The notes beneath the pieces were generated by a model. The model worked only from the letters and a program-made list of their open reading frames with translations, was not told the origin of the DNA and ran no database searches. 64,000 nt of DNA, taken from Planctomycetota bacterium (GTDB lineage Bacteria; Planctomycetota; UBA1135; UBA2386). Made by a program: the position numbers and the translations under genes. The DNA lies in the NCBI GenBank assembly GCA_046290465.1, contig JBKAGP010000001.1, forward strand, positions 1,440,001-1,504,000. The letters run 5' to 3'. Shown here in pieces: positions 29,593 to 39,612 of this stretch (positions within the stretch are counted from its first letter, which is position 1; the number at the start of each line of letters is the position of its first letter).

Positions 29593-29675
29593 CTAGGAGC
29601 GCGTCCATGTAGTGGACGCGCTGCCGACCGTGATCGCGGAAGCGGCGTGTACGCGTGCGGACGGGGCTTTGCCCG
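29593..29675. repeat. Solo copy of REP-like element family A
   Basis: Near-identical to units at 22644-22894. Confidence 0.9.
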
Positions 29676-29694
29676 CTCGCCCCCGGCGACCGCG

Positions 29695-30057
29695 CTACTC
29701 GCGCGGCTCGATGCCGGGACAGGTGCGTTCGACCAGACGCAAGAGCGCCGGGTCGTCGAGCAGCTCGGGCCAGAACGGCCACTCGCCGCACTTCGCCGGG
29801 CGCACCGGATAGATGCTGCAGCTCGCCTGCGCGCCGTCGCGCAAGAACACGCAGCGGTTGCCGAGGCCTTCCTTCAGGCGCGCGCCATCCGGCTGCAGGT
29901 AGCGGCTGGCGAACGCCTGCTCGTCGAGATCGAGGTGCTCGGCGATCGCCGCGCGCTCGGCGGCGCTGACGCGCACGAAGCCGCCGGGGATCGAGCAGCA
30001 GTTGCCCGACCGCCGGCAGCGGAAGCGGAACGGGAAGCCGTCGCGCTCGGTGCTCAT
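29695..30057 (-). CDS. YkgJ-family (CxxCxxCC-type) cysteine cluster protein
   Basis: FRCRRSGNCC, CVFL, CSIYPVRPAKCGEWPFW, CPGI. Confidence 0.9.
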   Translation of the reverse strand: MSTERDGFPFRFRCRRSGNCCSIPGGFVRVSAAERAAIAEHLDLDEQAFASRYLQPDGARLKEGLGNRCVFLRDGAQASCSIYPVRPAKCGEWPFWPELLDDPALLRLVERTCPGIEPRE

Positions 30058-31151
30058 CGCCGACGTCGCCGGGTCGGTCGCGCGTCGCGGCGGCCCTGGC
30101 CGAGCCGCGGACGCGCGTTCTGCCGCTGTTCGAGTTCGCGCTGGTGGCGGCGCTGCTGCAGGAAGGCGTCGACCTCGTCGATCAGCTGCTGCGGGCTCTG
30201 GAAGCGCATCTCGACCTCCTTGGCCATCATCTTCTCGAGGAAGTAGCGCAGCTGCGGCGACAGATCGAGCGCGCGGATGCGGTCGCCGCTCAGCGATTCG
30301 AGCACCTGCTTTCTGAGCACCTCCTCGGAGGTCTTGCCCTCGAACGGCAGCGAGCCGGTGGTCAGGTGGTAGAGCGTCGCGCCGAGCGCGTAGATGTCGG
30401 CGCGCACGTCGAGCTTGCCCTCGCCGCGCGCCTGTTCCGGCGCGATGTAGTGCACCGTGCCCGCGGTCGTTTCGCCGCCCGCATCGTCGTCGCCCTGCAG
30501 CGCGAAGCCGAGGTCGATCAGCACACCGCCGCGATCCTCCGACCAGATCACGTTGCCGGGCTTGACGTCGCGGTGCACGAGCCCCTGTTCGTGCAGCGCC
30601 TGCAGCGCGCCGGCGATGTCGACGACGACCTGCAGCGCGGTCTCCTCGTCGAGGCGGCCGCCGGCGCCTTCGACCGACAGGCCGAAGTCGTCGTCGGCGA
30701 GCACGTCCTGCAGGCAGCGGCCCGGCAGCTTCTCCATCGCGAAGAAGATCGTGTTGCCCTCCTTGGCGATGCGCAGGCCCTTGACCAGGTGGTCGTGCTC
30801 GAGGCTCATCAACAGCCGCGCCTCGCGGATGAAGCGCTCGGTCTGCACCTCGTCGCTCGCCAGCTCCGGCTTCAGCACCTTCAGCGCGACCTCGCTGCCG
30901 TCGGTCTTGTCCTTGGCGGCGAACACCCTGCCGACGCCACCTTCGCCGATCATCTCGCCGAGTTCGTAGCGGGTCAGGCGCGGCCGCGTGCCGCCTTCGG
31001 TGGCGAGCCAGTCCTGCCACTGCTGCGCATCGCAGATGCCCTTCTGCACGAGGAACGCTCCGGGGTCACCGGACGCGAGCGCCGCGTGTGCGACGTCGGG
31101 CGCGACGACGCCGCGGTGCACGAGCATGGCTAGCAGCTTGGTCGACGACAT
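30054..31151 (-). CDS. Cytoplasmic Ser/Thr protein kinase
   Basis: GEGGVG, VALK, HRDVKPGN, IDLG, GTVHYIAPEQ, DIYALG; no TM. Confidence 0.9.
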   Translation of the reverse strand: MSSTKLLAMLVHRGVVAPDVAHAALASGDPGAFLVQKGICDAQQWQDWLATEGGTRPRLTRYELGEMIGEGGVGRVFAAKDKTDGSEVALKVLKPELASDEVQTERFIREARLLMSLEHDHLVKGLRIAKEGNTIFFAMEKLPGRCLQDVLADDDFGLSVEGAGGRLDEETALQVVVDIAGALQALHEQGLVHRDVKPGNVIWSEDRGGVLIDLGFALQGDDDAGGETTAGTVHYIAPEQARGEGKLDVRADIYALGATLYHLTTGSLPFEGKTSEEVLRKQVLESLSGDRIRALDLSPQLRYFLEKMMAKEVEMRFQSPQQLIDEVDAFLQQRRHQRELEQRQNARPRLGQGRRDARPTRRRRR

Positions 31152-31297
31152 GGCGTGCGTTGTAAGCCTTGCGAGGTCGGGGAACTGGGGCGATCCCAGA
31201 GTACCGCGTCAAGTCGGTGAACCGTCCCACCCGATCAAAGGCAGGTCAAGGACCAGGGCACAGGGACATCAACTTGAAGCATCCAGGGGCTGCGTTC

Positions 31298-32623
31298 GTG
31301 ATCAAGTACTTCGACTTGATCGACGAGTTCATCAAAGTGCGCTGCTGCAGCGACGATTTGCTGCAGGAGCTGCACCAGGCTCCGATCACCAACAAGTCGG
31401 ACTACCGGCAACGAGTCGTGCGCTCGTGCGTGCCGTCGTTCGAGAGCGAGGTGCTCGGCGCCGTCCGCCGCATGGACGAGGGCTACGATCCGGAGATCGT
31501 CGAGGAGCTGCTCTACCAGATCTGCATCGACGTCAACCCGTCGCTCGAGATCCACCAGGTCAGCATCCCGACCAACGAGGACGGCACGACCGAGGCGAGC
31601 AGCGAGGACCCGTTCTTGCCCCGTCCGGGCAACGACCAGGCCCGCCAGTCGCTGTTCCGTCGCGTGACCAGCCTCGAGCGCAACCTGCGCCAGCAGATCA
31701 TCGGCCAGGACGACGCGATCACGTCGCTGGTGCGCGCCGTCAAGAAGGCCGCCGTCGGCCTCAAGCGTCCGACCCACCCGGTCGGCACGTTCCTGCTGGT
31801 CGGCCGCACCGGCACCGGCAAGACCGAGCTGGCGAAGTCGCTGGCGCGCAGCCTGTTCGACGACCCGAGCGCGATGATCCGCGTCGACTGCAGCGAGTAT
31901 GCGCTGCCGCACGAGTACGCCAAGCTGATCGGCTCGCCGCCGGGCTACATCGGGCACAACGAAGGTGGCTTCCTGACCGAGGGCATCAAGAAGAAGCCGA
32001 CCAGCGTGGTGCTGTTCGACGAGGTCGAGAAGGCGCACTACAAGGTGCACAACCTGCTGCTGCAGCTGCTCGACGAGGGCATCATCACGGACAGCAAGGG
32101 CCAGACGGTGTCGTTCAACCAGGCGCTGATCCTGATGACGAGCAACCTCGGCATCGAGAAGATCGACGCGGTGCGCACCCGCATGGGCTTCTCCGCCGCG
32201 CACAAGCGCCAGAGCCTGCAGGACATCGACCTGCGCGACGTGACCAACGAGGCGCTGCGCGAGTTCTTCCGCCCCGAGTTCGTCAACCGCATCGACGAAG
32301 TCATCATGTTCAACCCGCTGGACGAGAAGGTCTGCCAGCGCATCGCCGGCAACATGCTGCGCGAGGTCGCCGACCTGCTCGCCCGCCGCGGCATCAAGGC
32401 GACGTTCTCGCCGCAGGTGCGCGTGCAGCTGGCCAAGGACGGCTTCAGCGAGGAGTTCGGCGCCCGCGAACTGCGCCGTCTGATCAAGCGCAACATCGAG
32501 GACCCGCTGACCGAACTGATCCTCGACCACGACCTCGGCCAGGGCTCCAAGGTCGCGGTCCGCTGCCGCAACGGCCGCTACACCTTCGCCTGCGAAGAGG
32601 CCAAGGTCACCCAACCCGCCTGA
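31298..32623 (+). CDS. ClpA/B/C-like AAA+ ATPase with only the D2 module and an unrecognised N-terminal domain
   Basis: GRTGTGKT, LIGSPPGYIG, VLFDEVEKAH, FRPEFVNRID, FGARELRR; no D1 module. Confidence 0.88.
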   Translation: MIKYFDLIDEFIKVRCCSDDLLQELHQAPITNKSDYRQRVVRSCVPSFESEVLGAVRRMDEGYDPEIVEELLYQICIDVNPSLEIHQVSIPTNEDGTTEASSEDPFLPRPGNDQARQSLFRRVTSLERNLRQQIIGQDDAITSLVRAVKKAAVGLKRPTHPVGTFLLVGRTGTGKTELAKSLARSLFDDPSAMIRVDCSEYALPHEYAKLIGSPPGYIGHNEGGFLTEGIKKKPTSVVLFDEVEKAHYKVHNLLLQLLDEGIITDSKGQTVSFNQALILMTSNLGIEKIDAVRTRMGFSAAHKRQSLQDIDLRDVTNEALREFFRPEFVNRIDEVIMFNPLDEKVCQRIAGNMLREVADLLARRGIKATFSPQVRVQLAKDGFSEEFGARELRRLIKRNIEDPLTELILDHDLGQGSKVAVRCRNGRYTFACEEAKVTQPA

Positions 32624-32700
32624 GTTGCCGTACGGTACGCGGTTCATCCTCCAACTTCGCGTTCCGCGAAGTTGAGGATGACCGCGTACCGTACGGCAAC
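32624..32700. repeat. Long inverted repeat (REPIN-like, family B); possible terminator
   Basis: Arms 32624-32660 and 32666-32700 are complementary apart from two 1-nt indels. Confidence 0.88.
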
Positions 32701-32777
32701 CTGGTGGGGTGGCGATGCTGGACGTGGCGGGTCGGCGGCCCTACCTTGCCGGCCGCCTGCCCGGCAGGCCCTGATCG

Positions 32778-34037
32778 ATGCTACTGCTCGTTCTCGCCGT
32801 CACCTTCTCGCTGCTGTTCTCCTTCATCTGCTCGATCTCGGAGGCGACGCTGCTCAGCGTCGGTCCCGCCCAGGTCGAGAGGCTGGCTCAGGGAGGCACG
32901 CGGCTGGGCCGCCTGCTGCAGCGCTTCCGCATCGAGCCGGACCGCCCGATCGCGGCGATCCTGATCGTCAACACGATCAGCAACTCGGGCGGTGCCGCGA
33001 TCGCGAGTGCGCAGTTCGCCGAGGTGTTCCCGCAGGTCGACGAACTGTGGTTCGCGGCGGCGTTCGTGGTCACCGTGCTGGCGGTCACCGAGATCGTGCC
33101 CAAGACGATGGGCGTCGTGCACGCCGACAGCCTGGCGATCCCGGTCACCGGCGTCGTGCAGACGATGATCGTGGTGGTCTGGCCGCTGCTGTTCGTGACC
33201 CGCTGGCTGGCCCGCCTGTTCGCGCGCGCCGACGGCGGCCCGACCACGTCGCTCGACGAGATCCGGGTGATGGCGACCGCCGGCATGAGCCAGGGCGCGT
33301 TCGGACGCATCACCGGCGAACTGATCCAGAACGCCACCAAGCTGCGCGACCTGACCGCCAAGGACGTGATGGTCTCGCGCGATCGCGTCACCTACCTGTC
33401 GGGCAACCAGCCGACCGAGGCCAACCTCAAGCGCGTGCACCGCACCGGCCACAGCCGCTTCCCATACACCCCCACCGGCGAGCTCGACGACGTCAAGGGC
33501 GTGGTCTTGACCAAGGAGCTGCTGTTCTCGCTGCGCGACGACCAGGAGCCCGACTGGGAGTCGCTGCTGATCGAACTGCTGATCGTGCCCGAGTCGGCGA
33601 CGCTCAACCACGTGCTGCGCCGCTTCCAGCTCAGCAAGCGCCACCTGGCGATCGTCGTCGACGAGTACGGCTCGACCGAGGGCATCGTCACGCTCGAGGA
33701 CGTGCTCGAGGAGATCGTCGGCGAGATCGAGGACGAGTCCGACATCGACCAGAGCCTGATCCAGGAACGTCCCGACGGCGCGCTGCTGTGCCTGGGTTCG
33801 GCCGAGGTCGCCGACGTGTTCCGCCGCCTCGGCCTCGACGGCGTCGAGACCGACAGCAAGACGCTGTCCGGGTTCCTGGCCGAGCGGCTCGACAACGTGC
33901 CGTCGGCCGGCGCGCACGTCGACGTCGGCGACTTCCGGTTCGAGGTGCTCAAGGCCAACAACCGGCGCGCCGAACGGATCCGCGCCGCGCGGATCCCGCC
34001 GCCGGACGAAGCCCCGCAATCGGGCGGCTCGCAATAA
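32778..34037 (+). CDS. CNNM/CBS/CorC hemolysin-family transporter
   Basis: [45 protein letters not shown]. Confidence 0.92.
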   Translation: MLLLVLAVTFSLLFSFICSISEATLLSVGPAQVERLAQGGTRLGRLLQRFRIEPDRPIAAILIVNTISNSGGAAIASAQFAEVFPQVDELWFAAAFVVTVLAVTEIVPKTMGVVHADSLAIPVTGVVQTMIVVVWPLLFVTRWLARLFARADGGPTTSLDEIRVMATAGMSQGAFGRITGELIQNATKLRDLTAKDVMVSRDRVTYLSGNQPTEANLKRVHRTGHSRFPYTPTGELDDVKGVVLTKELLFSLRDDQEPDWESLLIELLIVPESATLNHVLRRFQLSKRHLAIVVDEYGSTEGIVTLEDVLEEIVGEIEDESDIDQSLIQERPDGALLCLGSAEVADVFRRLGLDGVETDSKTLSGFLAERLDNVPSAGAHVDVGDFRFEVLKANNRRAERIRAARIPPPDEAPQSGGSQ

Positions 34038-34131
34038 TCTGGCGGCGGCCCCGTCTGAGCGCGCCCAATCCCGCGTCACGCTGCGTAACGTGGGCCCCGA
34101 GAACGCCCGCAGGAAGATGGGCGAACGCGTC

Positions 34132-36249
34132 ATGACCAGATACCTCGTCGCCGCCCTCGCCCCCCTCGCCGCTCTGGCCACCCTGCTGCCCGCCCAGGGG
34201 CCGACCTTCGTACCCGCATCGCCGCCGCTGGTCAGCATCCGGGCCACCGGGGTGCCCCGGCTGCTGGCGCAGTGGCCGCAGACGGCGCTCGGCAAGCTGT
34301 TCGCCGACGAGGACGCCAGGGCCGCGGGCGAACTGGGCGTGCGCTACACCGCGAGCCAGATCCGCCGCCAGCACGCCCTGCGCATGGCCGTGCAGGAGCT
34401 CGACGACTTCGGCGACCTGCAGCCCTACATGATCTCGATGCTCTACCGGCTCGAGGAGTCAGAGATCTGGCGGCTGCTCGAGCAGCCGGTCGAGCAGGTG
34501 CAGTCGGTCGAGCTGACGATCGCCGCCGACCCCGAGAAGGGCATGCGCAGCTACCCGCACGTGCTGCGCACGATGGCGTGCCGGCCGCGCTACGAGGGCC
34601 AGTGGACCCAGAGCTTCGACGACGAGGCGCAGGCGCGCGACCGTTCGCGGCTGTTCCGCACCGTCAAGGACGCCAAGGTCGACGGCTTCCCGGCCTACGC
34701 CTTCCAGGTGCCGAAGGAAGAGCTGCAGGGCGGCAACACGATGATCCCGCCGCAGCAGTGGATGCTGCACCTGCCCGGCCGCTTCGTCTACGGCAACGGC
34801 ATGCCGAAGGAACTCGGCAAGGTCGACGTCGGCCCGGCGCGCACCGAGGCCGAGATCTGCCTCGAGATGGACCTCGCGGTCTACACGGCGATGTTCCAGC
34901 AGATGGGCCGCGGCGTCGACCGCGAGTTCCGGGCGCTCGGCTTCGACACCCTCAAGCACCTCAAGTGGAGCGGCACGTTCGTCGGCGACCTGTTCCGCGA
35001 CGCGCTCACCCTCGAGCTGTCGCAGGAGCCGGGTGGTCTGGTCGCCGCGCTGCTCAACGCGAACGCGCCGCTGCCGGCCCAGGCGCTGCCCGACGGCGGG
35101 CTGGCGCAGCTGCGCGTCGCGATCGACCTGGCCTCGACGTTCGAAGAACTCGCCAAGCTCGACAACGACCTCGAGCTGCCCAAGGAGATCACCGAGGCGG
35201 CGCTCGCGGCCTTCGACGGCGGCCTCGCGATCGCCTGCTGCGCGCCGCCGCCGGGCGGCCTGATCCCGCGGGTCTACCTGACCGCCAACCTGAAGGACGC
35301 AGCCGCGTTCGAGAAGCTGCTGGCGATGTTCGTCAACGACAACCTGCCGGTGAAGGAGCTGAAGTTCGGCGACGTCGCGGTCCGCGCGCTGCGGATCCCG
35401 GACGCACCGCAAGGCCTGCAGCCGGCCTGGTGCGTGGTCGACGGCAAGCTGCACGTCGCCGAGTCGGCGCGCAGCCTGCGCTCGTTCCTCAAGACCCAGA
35501 AGGGCGACGCCGTGGCGATGGACGTCGACGGCATGGAGGCGCCGGCGGGCGACGGCGAGCTGATGCCGACGTTCGACCTGCGCTACGACCCGGCGGCGAT
35601 CTACGAGAACTTCTACGAGCACTGGCTGCCGCTGTTCGAGCTCAGCGGCGCGTCCGACCTGCCGCCGCCGGTGCGCCGCCGCGACTTGCCGGATCCGGAC
35701 GACATCGGCGAGTTCCTCGGCAAGGGCCGCGGCGTGCTGCGCCGCGACGGCAAGCGCTACCAGCTGATCCAGGCCAGCCCGACGGGCGGCCTCGAGACCA
35801 CCGCGCTACTGTTCACGTGGAGCACGATGCTGGCGCCGCAGGCCTACGACTACTACACCGAGCAGTACTCGCTGATGGTCGCGCGCAGCAAGCTCGAGAA
35901 GGTGTTCGAAGCGCTCGAACGGTTCCAGAAGCGCGAGCAGCGGCGTCCGCGCGACCTCGCCGAGCTGTTCACCGCCGAACGGCTGCCCGACGACGCGCTG
36001 CTGCTGCCGGCCGACGACCTGGCCGAGGAGCTGGCCCTGCCCGACGGCCGCAAGGTGCGCACGTCGTTCCGCTACTACCCCGAAACGACCCAGTTCCAGG
36101 GCCTGCAGCAGAACAACGCCAAGGTGCTGCTGATCGAGGTCCGGGCGCACCGCTACAACCGCGCGGTGATGTGCGAGGACGGCAGCGTGCCCGAAGCCTA
36201 CGGCGTGGACTGCCGCAAGGAGATCGATCAGTTCGGCTCGGGCCGCTGA
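34132..36249 (+). CDS. Secreted hypothetical protein
   Basis: Signal peptide, strong GC3 bias, long ORF. Confidence 0.75.
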   Translation: MTRYLVAALAPLAALATLLPAQGPTFVPASPPLVSIRATGVPRLLAQWPQTALGKLFADEDARAAGELGVRYTASQIRRQHALRMAVQELDDFGDLQPYMISMLYRLEESEIWRLLEQPVEQVQSVELTIAADPEKGMRSYPHVLRTMACRPRYEGQWTQSFDDEAQARDRSRLFRTVKDAKVDGFPAYAFQVPKEELQGGNTMIPPQQWMLHLPGRFVYGNGMPKELGKVDVGPARTEAEICLEMDLAVYTAMFQQMGRGVDREFRALGFDTLKHLKWSGTFVGDLFRDALTLELSQEPGGLVAALLNANAPLPAQALPDGGLAQLRVAIDLASTFEELAKLDNDLELPKEITEAALAAFDGGLAIACCAPPPGGLIPRVYLTANLKDAAAFEKLLAMFVNDNLPVKELKFGDVAVRALRIPDAPQGLQPAWCVVDGKLHVAESARSLRSFLKTQKGDAVAMDVDGMEAPAGDGELMPTFDLRYDPAAIYENFYEHWLPLFELSGASDLPPPVRRRDLPDPDDIGEFLGKGRGVLRRDGKRYQLIQASPTGGLETTALLFTWSTMLAPQAYDYYTEQYSLMVARSKLEKVFEALERFQKREQRRPRDLAELFTAERLPDDALLLPADDLAEELALPDGRKVRTSFRYYPETTQFQGLQQNNAKVLLIEVRAHRYNRAVMCEDGSVPEAYGVDCRKEIDQFGSGR

Positions 36250-38102
36250 GGCTCACCGTCCGCACGCCGCGGCGCCGAGGTGTCGAGGCGCGTGTAGACC
36301 TGCTCGGCGACCGAACGCGGCAGCCCGGGCATCGCCAGCAGGTCCTCCTTCGAGGCCTGCTTGAGCGCCGTCAGCGAACCGAAGTGGCGCAGCAGCGCGC
36401 GGCGTCGCGTCGGCCCGACGCCGGGGATGTCGTCGAGTTCGCTGGTGATCTTGCCGCGCTGCTTGCGGTGGTAGGTGATCGCAAAGCGGTGCGCCTCGTC
36501 GCGGATCGCCGCGACCAGCAGCATCTCCGGCATGTCCTTGCCGAGCGGCACCGGCGTCTCGGTGTCTGGCAGGAAGATGCGCTCACCGCTCTCGGCCCGC
36601 GCGTCGCCGACGCCCTGCAAGCGGCTCTTGGCCAGCCCGCACAGGCGCAGGTCGTCCTGCAGCCCGAGTTCCTCGACCGCGCGCACCGCCGCCGCCAGCT
36701 GGCCCCGGCCGCCGTCGACGATCAGCAGGTCGGGCAGCTCCTCGTCCTCGCGTTCGACGCACAGCCGCAGGCTGCGCCGCACCGCCTCCTCCATCGCGGA
36801 GAAGTCGTCGCCGGCGTGCTCGGCGCTGATCTTGAAGCGGCGGTAGTGCGCCTTGAACGGCTGGCCCTCGTGGAAGCAGACCCGCGAGGCGACCGTGCTG
36901 GTGCCTTGGATCGTCGACACGTCGAGGCAATGCAGCCGCTGCGGCACGTCGTCGAGCTCCAGCAGGTTGGCCAGCCGTTCGGCCGCCGCACGCCGCCGCG
37001 CGTCGGCGTCGACCGCGACCGCATCGCCGAGTTCGGCGTTCTGCATCGCCAGCGCCAGGTGCTTCCTGCGTTCGCCGCGCTGCGGCACGTGCAGCTCGAC
37101 CCGGCCACCGCGCTTGTGCTCGAGCCATTCGCGCAGGATCGCCGGCTCGTCGGGCATCTGCGGCACCAGCAGCGCGCGCGGCACGAACCGGTCGCCCTGG
37201 TAGAGCCGCGCCAGCACGTCGGCGAGCAGCAGTCCGTCCGGCGCTTCGCTCTTCAGCGTGTGCCGGGTGCACTGCTCGAGCGCCCCCTCGCGAAACGCCA
37301 GATAGGCGATCGTCACCTCGTCGCCGCGTCGGAACACGCCGATGGCGTCCTCGTCGCCGCCGCGCGCGACCACCGACTGCCGCTCGGCCACCCGCTGCAG
37401 CGCCTGCATCTGCTCCTTCATCGCCTGCGCGCGCTCAAACTCGAGCTGCTCGGCCGCCTCGGCCATGCGCTGCTTGAGGCCGTGCACCAGCGGGCCGATC
37501 TCACCGCGCAGGATGCGCACGGCCTCGTCGAGCAGCCGGTCGTATTCCTCGCGCGTGATCGCGTCGACGCACGGCGCCGGACACCGGCCGATCTGGTGCT
37601 TGATGCACGCCCGCGTCCGGTTGTGGAACACCGCGTCGGCGCAGTCGCGCAGCGGCACCACCTTGTGCAGCAGCCGCAGCGTGCGGCGCGCGGACTTGGC
37701 CGACGCGAACGGCCCGAAGTACATCGCCCCGTCCTCGCGCCGCCGCCGCACGAACCGGAACCACGGCCAGTCCTCGCGCCGGTCGAGCCGCAGCAGCAGG
37801 AAGGCCTTGTCGTCTTTCAGCTTGATGTTGTAGCGCGGCTTGTGCTTCTTGATGACGGTGTTCTCGAGCAGCAGCGCCTCGGTCTCGGTGCCGGTCGCGA
37901 TGAACTCGACGTCGCGCGCCTCGCGCTCGAGGAAGCGCAGCTGGTAGCGGCCGTCGCCGCCGGGCGTCAGGTAGTTGCGCACCCGGGCGCGCAGGTCGGC
38001 CGCCTTGCCGACGTAGAGCACCTTGCCATCGCCGTCGCGGAACAGGTAGACCCCCGGCCCCTTCGGGAAGCGGGACACCTTGTCGCGGATGCTCTGGTCC
38101 AT
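36228..38102 (-). CDS. uvrC: Excinuclease ABC subunit C
   Basis: PGVYLF, YVGKA, EALLLE, DGGRGQL, IRDEAHRFAI, HhH (IPGVGP). Confidence 0.97.
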   Translation of the reverse strand: MDQSIRDKVSRFPKGPGVYLFRDGDGKVLYVGKAADLRARVRNYLTPGGDGRYQLRFLEREARDVEFIATGTETEALLLENTVIKKHKPRYNIKLKDDKAFLLLRLDRREDWPWFRFVRRRREDGAMYFGPFASAKSARRTLRLLHKVVPLRDCADAVFHNRTRACIKHQIGRCPAPCVDAITREEYDRLLDEAVRILRGEIGPLVHGLKQRMAEAAEQLEFERAQAMKEQMQALQRVAERQSVVARGGDEDAIGVFRRGDEVTIAYLAFREGALEQCTRHTLKSEAPDGLLLADVLARLYQGDRFVPRALLVPQMPDEPAILREWLEHKRGGRVELHVPQRGERRKHLALAMQNAELGDAVAVDADARRRAAAERLANLLELDDVPQRLHCLDVSTIQGTSTVASRVCFHEGQPFKAHYRRFKISAEHAGDDFSAMEEAVRRSLRLCVEREDEELPDLLIVDGGRGQLAAAVRAVEELGLQDDLRLCGLAKSRLQGVGDARAESGERIFLPDTETPVPLGKDMPEMLLVAAIRDEAHRFAITYHRKQRGKITSELDDIPGVGPTRRRALLRHFGSLTALKQASKEDLLAMPGLPRSVAEQVYTRLDTSAPRRADGEPQRPEPN

Positions 38103-38191
38103 TGCAGCAGGCCTGACGATGCGCCACGAACGCGGCCGCGACAAGTCACAGTTCGCTGTCACGCCCGCGCCGCGCCGTTCGTCCAGAGGGC

Positions 38192-38710
38192 ATGGACGAC
38201 ACCCTCGCGACCCGCCGCCGAGAGCTGCAGGCCTTTGGCGCCCACTTCGACTACGACGTCACTTACCTCGAACGGCTGATGGACGCCGCCCCCGAGGCCT
38301 ACCTGGCGTTCGCCGACGCGCAGCCGCTCGGCCGCCGCCGCGCCGCGCTGCTGCCCGAGGCCCACGCGGTTGCCTGCACCGCCGTGATGCTGCACGACGA
38401 CTGCGGCGCCTGCGCGCAGCTCAACCTGCGCATGGCGGTCGAGGCCGGCGTCGACCGCGCGCTGCTGCAGACGATGCTCGACCGACCGGAGGACCTGCCG
38501 GGCCCGCTGCACGACGTGTTCGAGCACGCCCGCCAGGTCGTGCGCGGCAGCGACCCCGATCCCGAGCGCGTCGAACGGCTGCGCCAGCACCTCGGCGAGG
38601 CGGCGTTCGGCGAGCTCGCCGCGACGATCACCGGCGCACGCATCTACCCGACGATGAAGCGCGCGCTCGGCACCACGACCACTTGCCGCCGCCCGACCCT
38701 GGACTTCTGA
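38192..38710 (+). CDS. AhpD/carboxymuconolactone decarboxylase-like protein
   Basis: DCGAC CxxC motif; RIYPTMKRALG; adjacent to an ECF41-type sigma. Confidence 0.7.
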   Translation: MDDTLATRRRELQAFGAHFDYDVTYLERLMDAAPEAYLAFADAQPLGRRRAALLPEAHAVACTAVMLHDDCGACAQLNLRMAVEAGVDRALLQTMLDRPEDLPGPLHDVFEHARQVVRGSDPDPERVERLRQHLGEAAFGELAATITGARIYPTMKRALGTTTTCRRPTLDF

Positions 38711-39612
38711 TGCACCGCCCGATGCCCGTGCACGAAGCCTTCGAACGCGAACGCGACCACCTGACGCGCCTCGCCTACCGCATGCTCGGCGTCGTCGCCG
38801 ACGCCGAGGACACGGTGCAAGACGCCTACGTGCGCTGGCTGCACGCCGGCGAACCCGAGCTCGACGCGCCGCGCGCGTGGTTCACCCGCACGGTGACCCG
38901 GCTGTGCGTCGACCGCCTGCGCCGCGACGCGCGCGGGCCGGCCTACCCCGGCGAGTGGCTGCCCGAGCCATGGATCGACCCGCGCGCCGAACAGGAGCGC
39001 CTCGACGAGACGCTGTCGGTCGCCCTGCTGGCCACCATCCGCCGTCTGGCACCTCGCGCCCGCGCGGTGTTCCTGCTGCACGACGTGTTCGGCTACGCCT
39101 TCGACGAGGTCGCGGCCATGCTCGACCTCAAGGTCGACCACTGCCGCCAGATCGCCAGCCGCGCCCGCCGCGACCTGCGCGAACGGCCGGTGACCGCGCC
39201 GCGCGACCCGGCCGGCGAACGCCGCATCGGCGAGGCGTTCTTCTCGGCGATCCGCGACGGCGAGCTCGATCGGCTGCGCGATCTGCTCTGCGACGACGTG
39301 GTGATGCGCAGCGACGGCGGCGGCAAGGTCGTCGCGGTCCCCTACCCGCTGCACGGCAAGGACCGGGTGGTGCGCTTCTTCGACAAGATCTACCGCGGCA
39401 TCCCGGAGCTTCAGCAGCTGCGCATCGCCGCGTGCTGGGCCAACGGCGAGCCGGCGTTCGCGATGCTGACCGAGGACGGCATCGAGTCGTGGTTCACGTT
39501 CGTCTGCGTCGATGGCCGCATCGCCGAAGTGCTGGTGCAGCGCAACCCCGACAAGCTGGCCCGGCCGGCCGATGCGCTGTTCGGACGCGGCCGCCGCGAC
39601 GGGCTCAGTTGA
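38710..39612 (+). CDS. ECF41/SigJ-family sigma factor with SnoaL-like C-terminal extension
   Basis: AYRMLG..ADAED, YPGEWLPEP, SDGGGK, RNPDKL. Confidence 0.92.
   Translation: MHRPMPVHEAFERERDHLTRLAYRMLGVVADAEDTVQDAYVRWLHAGEPELDAPRAWFTRTVTRLCVDRLRRDARGPAYPGEWLPEPWIDPRAEQERLDETLSVALLATIRRLAPRARAVFLLHDVFGYAFDEVAAMLDLKVDHCRQIASRARRDLRERPVTAPRDPAGERRIGEAFFSAIRDGELDRLRDLLCDDVVMRSDGGGKVVAVPYPLHGKDRVVRFFDKIYRGIPELQQLRIAACWANGEPAFAMLTEDGIESWFTFVCVDGRIAEVLVQRNPDKLARPADALFGRGRRDGLS

Noticed and set aside
38192..39612. AhpD-like gene with ECF41 sigma as a novel system
   Set aside because: Established association for ECF41 sigma factors
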